Part shown: positions 57,157 to 64,000 of the stretch, one piece after another | How the letters are laid out: every line of letters begins with the position of its first letter | Numbering within the stretch: the first letter of the stretch is position 1 | DNA from: an uncultured candidate division Zixibacteria bacterium | GTDB taxonomy: Bacteria > Zixibacteria > MSB-5A5 > GN15 > FEB-12 | Direction of reading: 5' to 3' | NCBI GenBank assembly: GCA_963664195.1 | Contig: OY760907.1 | Coordinates: 2,464,001-2,528,000 of the forward strand | Length of the DNA stretch: 64,000 bases | Translations under genes and position numbers: made by a program | The notes under the pieces: generated by a model | Databases searched by the model: none | Told to the model about the DNA's origin: nothing | The model's input: only the letters and a program-made list of their open reading frames with translations

Positions 57157-57789
57157 ATGGATTTTAGAGACACAAAAACGCAGAAGATAGTGATCGGTGT
57201 CCTGGCTTTCTTCATCGTCGTCTATTTCTGGCACAGCCGGGTGTATTCCCGATATGATAACCAGATTTCGTTGAAAAACCAGGAACTCGAACTGGTCAAC
57301 ACCAATCTCCGCAACGTGGAGATGAAGGCCAAATCACTTGATGCCCTGAAGCTTGAGTATTCGGAACTCGTGGATCGATACCATGAGATCGAGTCCCTGC
57401 TTCCCGAAGTCAAGGCAGTGCCGTCGATACTGGTGCAATTGCACACGGCGTCGTCGCTCACTGGCACCCGAATCACCATGGTGCACCCGATGCCGATTGC
57501 GTCGGAAGAGTTCTATAATGTATCTGAGTATGAGATCGAGATGATCGGAACCTATCACGATGTCGGCAAATTCGTCAGCTATGTGGCGAACTTCCCGTTC
57601 ATCGCCAATGTCTCCGAAGTCAAGATGGAGGCCCAGGACGCGGCCATCCAGTCGGCGGAGAGCGCGGCTCTCGGGTCGGAACAACCGACTCAGGTGGTAG
57701 GCAAGAAAAAGGAAACTGTGACGGCCAGCTTCACTCTGTCGACCTATTTCGTCAAGGACGGGGAACGACTCGAGGAACTGTCACTCTAG
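57157..57789 (+). CDS. pilO: Type IV pilus assembly protein PilO
   Basis: TM, coiled coil, LLP, GTYHDVGKF; position in the operon. Confidence 0.9.
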   Translation: MDFRDTKTQKIVIGVLAFFIVVYFWHSRVYSRYDNQISLKNQELELVNTNLRNVEMKAKSLDALKLEYSELVDRYHEIESLLPEVKAVPSILVQLHTASSLTGTRITMVHPMPIASEEFYNVSEYEIEMIGTYHDVGKFVSYVANFPFIANVSEVKMEAQDAAIQSAESAALGSEQPTQVVGKKKETVTASFTLSTYFVKDGERLEELSL

Positions 57790-57803
57790 GAGACCGGTAA
57801 ATC

Positions 57804-59405
57804 ATGAAGAGATTCATTGTCACACTCGTTATTGGATTGCTCCTGATTGTCAGCCAGACTATGGCCGCCCAGGTGACGAATATCGATCTGAGTCATCAAG
57901 ACGGGACGACGTTTGTACGCGTCGATGTCTCCGGACAGGTGCGGTATACGCACGACACGGAGATACCGAAAAACGGCAAGCCCGACCGTATTATCCTGGA
58001 CATTTTGTCTGCGCGGCATGACCTCGGAGCGAAGAGCTTCCTTGAACTCCCGGCCTGTGGAGTGAAGGGGATTCGTACCTCGCAGTTCGCGGTCACACCG
58101 GAGGAAATCGTGCGCGTGGTCGTCGATCTTGACCAGTCGCCGATCTACCAGGTTGATTCTGACGACAAGTCGGTAACAATCCAGATTGCTGATAAGAACG
58201 CGCACGCGTTCAAGTCGTGGTCCACTGCTGCCTACCTGGCCGCTTCCAAGGCTAAACCGGCACAGAAGGCCCAGCCAGCGATGGCCAAAAAGGAAGCCCC
58301 GAAACAGGCCGCTCCGGCCATGGCTTCCAAGACCGTCAAGCAGCAGAACAAATCGATTGAAAGCGACCGTCAGTTGAGTCTGGCGGGCAAGGAACAGCCA
58401 AATGCCAAGGCGGCCCCGAAGAAGGAAGTCACTAAACCGGCCGCCAAGCAGTCTGTCGCTCCGCCGAAGAAAACTGTCGCCGCCAGGCCGGCCAACAGCA
58501 TGATCTTCGGCAAAGCGAAGTTGTCCACTCCGGACGATGCCCCCAAGGCACAGGCTCCGAAGAAGGCACCGGCAGTGAAAAAGGCCGACAAGCCGGTTCT
58601 GGCGAAAGCTGAAGTTCCGAAGAAGGCCGTGGAGCAGGCCGCACCGAAGGCTGCTCCCAAGAAGACATCGGCGGTGAAGAAGTCAGAGAAACCGGTATTG
58701 GCAAAAACCGAGGTACCGATAGCGGCTTCTAAGAAGGCAGCGCCTGCAAAGGCTCCGGTAGTGAAGAAAGCTGACAAGCCGGTTCTGGCGAAAGCCGAAG
58801 CACCGAAAGAGGCTGCCAAGGCGCAGACTCCATCCAAAGCTCCGGCCAAGGTTGCACCGCCCAAAGTGAAGCCGACTGAGGGACAGGTGGCGTTAGCCAA
58901 GAAGGTTGCGGGAGACAAACCCTCTTCGCAGAAGCCGATCAACGTGAAGGACACCAGGAAAGAGGCTGCGCCTGAAGAGAAGGCCGTTGCCGAGGCTCCG
59001 CAGCAGGACAAGCGCAGGTCCGCCTCGCGGTTCCGTCGCAAAGCCGGCGTGTCGGCTAAGATTGCAGGCACCATGGTTGCCGAGTTCCCGAAGCGACTGG
59101 TGATCAAGTACAATTCGAAGGGACATCGCGATCCGTTCGCGACCCTGATTGATGATACGCGCACGTACAACGTGCCGATTGAAAAGCGCGTGCCGAACGT
59201 GGAAGGCCTGAAACTGGTCGGTGTGATAGAATCCGAAGGTACCACGAACCGTGCGCTGTTTGAAGATAAAGAAGGCTACAGCTTTATGCTCAATACTGGA
59301 GATAAGGTTAAGAACGGCTACGTCCTCCGGGTCGAAAGTGACCGTGTCTACTTCCAGGTGTTTGAATACGGCTGGTCGCGCACAATTGCTCTGAAAATGG
59401 ATTGA
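57804..59405 (+). CDS. AMIN domain + Lys/Ala/Pro-rich linker + PilP-like C-terminal domain
   Basis: N-terminal PDRIILDI..IRTSQF..VRVVVDL (AMIN); C-terminal RDPF, LKLVGVI, AL, GD..G.V (PilP-like); lies between pilO and pilQ. Confidence 0.75.
   Translation: MKRFIVTLVIGLLLIVSQTMAAQVTNIDLSHQDGTTFVRVDVSGQVRYTHDTEIPKNGKPDRIILDILSARHDLGAKSFLELPACGVKGIRTSQFAVTPEEIVRVVVDLDQSPIYQVDSDDKSVTIQIADKNAHAFKSWSTAAYLAASKAKPAQKAQPAMAKKEAPKQAAPAMASKTVKQQNKSIESDRQLSLAGKEQPNAKAAPKKEVTKPAAKQSVAPPKKTVAARPANSMIFGKAKLSTPDDAPKAQAPKKAPAVKKADKPVLAKAEVPKKAVEQAAPKAAPKKTSAVKKSEKPVLAKTEVPIAASKKAAPAKAPVVKKADKPVLAKAEAPKEAAKAQTPSKAPAKVAPPKVKPTEGQVALAKKVAGDKPSSQKPINVKDTRKEAAPEEKAVAEAPQQDKRRSASRFRRKAGVSAKIAGTMVAEFPKRLVIKYNSKGHRDPFATLIDDTRTYNVPIEKRVPNVEGLKLVGVIESEGTTNRALFEDKEGYSFMLNTGDKVKNGYVLRVESDRVYFQVFEYGWSRTIALKMD
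58545..58812 (+). repeat. Three imperfect coding repeats of KAPxVKKADKPVLAKAExP
   Basis: GACAAGCCGGTTCTGGCGAAAGC occurs twice exactly, with a diverged middle copy. Confidence 0.8.
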
Positions 59406-59429
59406 CCTTTTTGAAAGGCTGGTACTGAT

Positions 59430-60728
59430 ATGTGGTGGAGAAACTCGAAAACATTTCCGTGGCTGCTGGGCTTGACCCTGAGCATAGTTCTCGTGGTCTC
59501 TGCGATGGCGCAGGATGCAGAGAAGGCTAAGGATCCCTCAACGCCGATTAAAAATCTGCAGTTTCAGGCTGCTGAAATTCGGTCCGTGCTGACCTTTCTT
59601 GCCGACTACGGCAAAGTCAATGTTGTGGTCGCGCCGGATGTGTCCGGTACGGTAACGATTCGTCTGCAGGATGTCCACTGGCGCACGGCCATGGATATCA
59701 TCGCTCGCACGTATGAACTCGCAGTCGTCGATGAGGATGGCGGCTACGTACGCGTGCTGCGTGCAGAAGCCTTCCGCAATGAGCGGGCCGATCAGGCCAA
59801 ACACGACGCTGCCCAGCGTCAACTCGTTGATTTGCAAACCAAGATCGTCAAAGTATCCAATTCCGTGGCCGAGGATCTGGTTGCCACAATCGAGTCCCTG
59901 ATGACCGAGCGTGGCAAGGCCAGTGCCGACCAGCGTTCCAACTCCCTGATTCTTCAGGAAGTCCCGGATCGGATGACGGCTCTCGTCGCCTACATTGAAG
60001 AACTCGACAAGCCGGCCAGACAGATCAAGATCTCTGCCCAATTGCTGGAGATTTCATCCACCGGTTTGGAAGAACTGGGTGTCAACTGGAGCGTCGCCGG
60101 TCAGTACACGACGGAATCGGGTCGTACCTACGACCAGTCCGGCCAGGTGATTGGTGATCGTTCCGATGCCGCCGATGTCTTTGGCCGGTACACGGTCAAC
60201 GTCGTGAATAACGACTGGACTGTCGACGGTATTGTTGAGGCGATCGTTTCGCAGGGTGACGGCAAGATTATTGCCCATCCGGAAATTACCACCGTGGAAA
60301 ACCAGGAAGCCCGAATTCAGATGGGGCAGAAGGTCCCGGTGAAGCAGTTTGATGAATCCGGCAACGTAGTGATCAAGTTTGAAGAGGTCGGTACGATACT
60401 GGTCTGCACGCCTCATATCACGGCTGAGAACCAGATTCTGATGTACCTCAAGCCCGAGCGGTCAACCTATCAGTACGACCCGAACGGCGTAATCATCAAC
60501 ACCAATAACGCTGAGACGAATGTCATCGTCAACAACGGTCAGACCGCGGTCATCGGTGGCCTGACAACTCAGGACGAAGTCGACTCAGAACTCGGTGTCC
60601 CCATCCTCAAGGACATCCCGATTTTCGGTCGTTTGTTCAAATTCACCCAGCATCGCACCGAAAACCGCGACCTGGTGATCTTCGTGACGCCGACTATCGT
60701 TGACTCCGATTTGGCTATGAACAACTGA
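59430..60728 (+). CDS. pilQ: Type IV pilus secretin PilQ (short, without AMIN domains)
   Basis: DQRSNSLI, LDKPARQI, P.ITT.EN.EA.I..G, VIGGL, GVPILKDIPIFGRLF, IFVTP. Confidence 0.92.
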   Translation: MWWRNSKTFPWLLGLTLSIVLVVSAMAQDAEKAKDPSTPIKNLQFQAAEIRSVLTFLADYGKVNVVVAPDVSGTVTIRLQDVHWRTAMDIIARTYELAVVDEDGGYVRVLRAEAFRNERADQAKHDAAQRQLVDLQTKIVKVSNSVAEDLVATIESLMTERGKASADQRSNSLILQEVPDRMTALVAYIEELDKPARQIKISAQLLEISSTGLEELGVNWSVAGQYTTESGRTYDQSGQVIGDRSDAADVFGRYTVNVVNNDWTVDGIVEAIVSQGDGKIIAHPEITTVENQEARIQMGQKVPVKQFDESGNVVIKFEEVGTILVCTPHITAENQILMYLKPERSTYQYDPNGVIINTNNAETNVIVNNGQTAVIGGLTTQDEVDSELGVPILKDIPIFGRLFKFTQHRTENRDLVIFVTPTIVDSDLAMNN

Positions 60729-60751
60729 TTGCAGCGGTTTAGCTTAGACTT

Positions 60752-60783
60752 AAAAAGCCCTCGCCTCACGGCGGGGGCTTTTT
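60752..60783 (+). terminator. Intrinsic terminator after pilQ
   Basis: AAAAAGCCCTCGCC-TCAC-GGCGGGGGCTTTTT. Confidence 0.8.
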
Positions 60784-60786
60784 GCC

Positions 60787-60814
60787 TCAAGTAAGGCATT
60801 CCATCTGCCGATTA
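60787..60814 (+). promoter_or_regulatory. Sigma28-like promoter
   Basis: TCAA-N16-GCCGATTA upstream of the Ig-like lipoprotein gene. Confidence 0.45.
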
Positions 60815-60885
60815 ATATTGCGTAGGGAAGTTCGACACAAACCTGTGCCTGGCACAGAGCACAATAAGCATTTGCAGGAGAAGTC

Positions 60886-62991
60886 ATGGAGATCAGAAAC
60901 CTTATCAGGATGTCATCAATCCTGGCGTTGGTCGTTTTTGTTGCTGTCCTGTCGATAGGCTGCGATTCAAAGAGCACGCTCGACACGGAGACTCCCGACG
61001 GGAGCACTATTGCTATCTCAGCAACCCCGACGACATTGAATACAGGCGAAACCTCGGTTGTCGAAGCAACCGTGACCAGCAATTCTACCGGTCTGGCCGA
61101 TCAGGTGGTTCGCTTTACCGTCAGCCCGAGCAACGCGGGTTACTTCACTCCTGAGTATGACACCACGGCTGCCGATGGGATAGCTGCTACGGTATTCACC
61201 GCGAGCACCTCCGGGTCGGTAGTGATTTCAGCGACGGTCCAGGGAACTTCGATTTCCGCTCCGCTCAACCTTGCTATCAGCGAGCCGTCGGGCGGTGGCG
61301 CCGGTGACGGAAACCTCAACGTCACGGTCTCCAACGTGGCCCTGACCGCCAACGGCTCCGACCAGTCAACCGTGACGGTTGTGGTGCGCGACGGCCTCGG
61401 TCAGCCCGCTCCGGATTCTACCCTGGTGAAGATCGTAGCCGGTGAAAAGTTCGTCGATCTCGACGGTAACGGCTACTGGTCGACCAATGTCGACTCGCTC
61501 GTATTTGATGCCAACGGAAACGGTATCTGGGACCCGATCGGTGTGGTCGTCTCCACGGCTTTCACTTCCGGTGGTGCCGGCGAAGTTTCTGTAGTCTACA
61601 CGGCCGGCGATGCGGCTGCTACCGTATATGTCAAGGTCACGGTCGACGCTGCCGGTCTTGCGGGATCGGTCGATGTGCCGATTCAATTGCTGCCGAACGC
61701 GCTGGTCAACTCGATCTATCTGGCCTCCGACTCCATGAGCCTGGCGGTTATGCAGACCGGCGGTATCGAGACTTCCACGCTCCGTGCAACCTGCTACGAC
61801 GTCAACGGTAATACGGTTCCTGAAGGTCTGCCGGTCATCTTCTCGATTATCGACGGCCCCGGTGGCGGTGAACGTCTTGCCGATCTCGCAGTTGATGTTC
61901 CTGATAGCGTGTACACCAACAGTCAAGGCATGGCAGTTACGACGATTCACTCCGGTACAGTATCGGGGACCGTCAGGGTGAGAGCTCAGGCAGGTTCGGT
62001 GCTGTCGCAGGCGACGCAGATTCTGATCGCTGCCGGTCCGCCCGCGGATATCGCCATCGCTCCGGACACCTGCAACGTGCCCTACTGGAGGTGCGTTGGA
62101 TGCGAAAATGCGGTTGTCGCAATCGTTTCGGATATATACAACAATCCGGTGAATGATTCGACAGTGGTCTACTTTACCTGCGATGAGGGTGTCATGATGT
62201 CCCACCAGGCGAGAACGATGGAAGGCAAGGGTCTTGCTCCGTCACTGTGGATGGCTAATTATGGTGAGACCGGAGCAGATGGCATTGTCTGGATTTATGC
62301 CGAGACCTCCGGTGGGACCGTCAGGGATTCTTCCTGGTTCTACAATACAGATGTGCCGTTCACCATCTCCGTAGTTAACTGGCGTGACAACATTCAGGCC
62401 GACGGGTCAGACAGATTCTTTGCGTGGATTACAACGGTGGACCTCAATGGCAATCCGGTTGTAGACGGCACGCCCTTCAAGGCCGATGCAGGAATCCTTT
62501 CCGTGGCCGGCGGTGCGTTTCATGATGGTTGCAGCGGATCGGGCGATCGTGTCCAGGTGCTTTCGCGCACGCTGGAGGAAGATGCCTCGATGAACGGTGT
62601 CAGCGACGACGGTATCGGCGCTGTTGACTACGTGACCTACTGGCACGCCGGTGGAGCTGCGCTGACTCTTGTTTGCTCGCTTACGACCGGTTATGCCCAT
62701 GCCGGCATGTCGAGTGTGAGTGGTGAGACCAACGTGGCTCCGGGTGTGTCGATCTTCCTGTCCTGCACCATTGTCGACCGCTTCGGAAATCCTCTGGGTG
62801 ATCACGTGCTCAACCTCACCGAGGATGGTACGCCTGTCGGTACGCTACGGACCAACAACTATGGTGAAACTCCGACGTTGGAGTGGGCTGCACCTATGGT
62901 TGATGGTGACTACTACATCCGAATCGACGATTCCGACCCGCGCGGCGGCATAACGTTGATTCACAAGGTGACAGTCAAGACGCCTGAATAA
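60886..62991 (+). CDS. Lipoprotein with multiple bacterial Ig-like (Big-1/invasin) domains
   Basis: SIG-C lipobox; repeats V.D..GN.V.DG..V.F; EF-hand-like FVDLDGNGYW..DANGNGIWD insert. Confidence 0.85.
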   Translation: MEIRNLIRMSSILALVVFVAVLSIGCDSKSTLDTETPDGSTIAISATPTTLNTGETSVVEATVTSNSTGLADQVVRFTVSPSNAGYFTPEYDTTAADGIAATVFTASTSGSVVISATVQGTSISAPLNLAISEPSGGGAGDGNLNVTVSNVALTANGSDQSTVTVVVRDGLGQPAPDSTLVKIVAGEKFVDLDGNGYWSTNVDSLVFDANGNGIWDPIGVVVSTAFTSGGAGEVSVVYTAGDAAATVYVKVTVDAAGLAGSVDVPIQLLPNALVNSIYLASDSMSLAVMQTGGIETSTLRATCYDVNGNTVPEGLPVIFSIIDGPGGGERLADLAVDVPDSVYTNSQGMAVTTIHSGTVSGTVRVRAQAGSVLSQATQILIAAGPPADIAIAPDTCNVPYWRCVGCENAVVAIVSDIYNNPVNDSTVVYFTCDEGVMMSHQARTMEGKGLAPSLWMANYGETGADGIVWIYAETSGGTVRDSSWFYNTDVPFTISVVNWRDNIQADGSDRFFAWITTVDLNGNPVVDGTPFKADAGILSVAGGAFHDGCSGSGDRVQVLSRTLEEDASMNGVSDDGIGAVDYVTYWHAGGAALTLVCSLTTGYAHAGMSSVSGETNVAPGVSIFLSCTIVDRFGNPLGDHVLNLTEDGTPVGTLRTNNYGETPTLEWAAPMVDGDYYIRIDDSDPRGGITLIHKVTVKTPE

Positions 62992-63030
62992 AAGATAAGT
63001 ACTTTTTGCTCGAAAGTACTTCGTTAACAG

Positions 63031-63068
63031 CGTCGGAGAGTAGCCAGACTCTCCGACGTTTGTTTTTG
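63031..63068 (+). terminator. Intrinsic terminator
   Basis: CGTCGGAGAGT..ACTCTCCGACG followed by TTTGTTTTT. Confidence 0.75.
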
Positions 63069-63139
63069 GGCCAGTTGCAACTATCGTCCCCTCTCGTTTT
63101 TTCCTTTCTCCCCGAACGACGAATCCATAATTTACCGGC

Positions 63140-64000
63140 ATGGATGAAACCGCTGTGTCAGCATATGCCCGAGTGGATACTATTTTCGCAGCCTTCGAAC
63201 GAGCAGCCGTTCGTTACCCCGACAAACCGGCTCTAAAGGCCGCCGGTGGTCGTGGCCGCTCTGTCACCTTCTTTGAGGTCCTCCAGACCGTCAGGAAGCT
63301 CTCTGCGGGCTTACGGAGTGATCGGTACGAGGGTGTCAACGAGATTGGTCTGCTCTCGGAGAATCGTCCGGAGTGGCCGATTGCCTATCTCGCGATATTG
63401 GCCGCAGGCAAGACGGTGGTGCCGCTCGATGCCAACCTCAAACCGAACGAGATTGCCGACCTGGTGAAGCTGGCCGGTTTGAGCACGGTCATTACGTCGC
63501 CGAAGTTCGAGGACATTCTCGTCGAGGCTGAGATTGACCGGACCTTGTCTTTCGGTCCCAACTCGCCCCGTTGGTGGGAAAACGAGTTTGGTGACAGTGC
63601 TGATTTTATTGATGCCGGTAGGCGGGACGGTCTGGCCGCTCTGATCTACACCTCGGGAACGACAGGTTCGCCCAAGGCGGTAATGCTCACCCACCATAAT
63701 CTGCTGAGCAATCTTGAGGCGATTGAGGCGGTGATCCAGTTTGGACCGCAAGACATCTGCTTTTCGATCCTGCCGTTGCACCATACGTTTGAGTCTACCT
63801 GCGGTTTCCTGACGCCGCTCACGGCCGGGGCTACTATCGTGTATGCCCGGTCATACAAATCACGTGAGATTGTCGAGGATATCAGCAGCAATAACGTGAC
63901 CTTCATGTCCGGCGTGCCGTTGTTGTACGAAAAGATGTACCAGGCGATCACTCGAGGCATCAAGGCCGCTCCGACGTTCAAACGTATGATGTTCAAACTG
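63140..64000 (+). CDS. Long-chain acyl-CoA synthetase (AMP-binding), runs off the window edge
   Basis: Not in the ORF track; manual translation MDETAVSAYARVDTIF...SENRPEW...LIYTSGTTGSPKAVMLTH...LPLHHTFE. Confidence 0.9.
   Translation, partial: MDETAVSAYARVDTIFAAFERAAVRYPDKPALKAAGGRGRSVTFFEVLQTVRKLSAGLRSDRYEGVNEIGLLSENRPEWPIAYLAILAAGKTVVPLDANLKPNEIADLVKLAGLSTVITSPKFEDILVEAEIDRTLSFGPNSPRWWENEFGDSADFIDAGRRDGLAALIYTSGTTGSPKAVMLTHHNLLSNLEAIEAVIQFGPQDICFSILPLHHTFESTCGFLTPLTAGATIVYARSYKSREIVEDISSNNVTFMSGVPLLYEKMYQAITRGIKAAPTFKRMMFKL

Overview
Gene-dense, GC-rich bacterial chromosome segment. Two secreted proteases share a Cys-bracketed dockerin-like C-terminal tag and many exported proteins carry D-S/T-hydrophobic motifs, which suggests an FCB-group organism such as Zixibacteria (inference). 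In order: an RsbV/RsbW/RsbU-type partner-switching operon with a NUDIX hydrolase and a two-component pair; a lipoprotein built of about 20 xDT(I/L/V)P pentapeptides; MarC; a beta-propeller lipoprotein; a 9-gene operon joining a VOR-type 2-oxoacid:ferredoxin oxidoreductase to a HydABC/Bfu-like flavin/Fe-S module with no hydrogenase or Mo/W catalytic subunit; a divergent citryl-CoA-lyase-like gene; an orphan two-gene membrane cassette; peptidases M24, C25, S41, M29 and S8; two tandem DUF5916-like outer-membrane proteins; a candidate sigma54-driven small gene; a histidine kinase that seems to lack its sensor domain; a TIR-STAND-TPR candidate defence gene next to tRNA-Arg(TCT); TetR with a FabK/FabX-like flavoprotein; tRNA-Pro(TGG); rlmN; a catalytically dead signal peptidase I homologue; type IV pilus genes (two pilins, pilMNO, AMIN-PilP, pilQ, Ig-like lipoprotein) with sigma28-like promoters; and a partial acyl-CoA synthetase. 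No CRISPR array, rRNA, integrase or transposase was seen. All family calls come from reading motifs by eye; no database searches were run.
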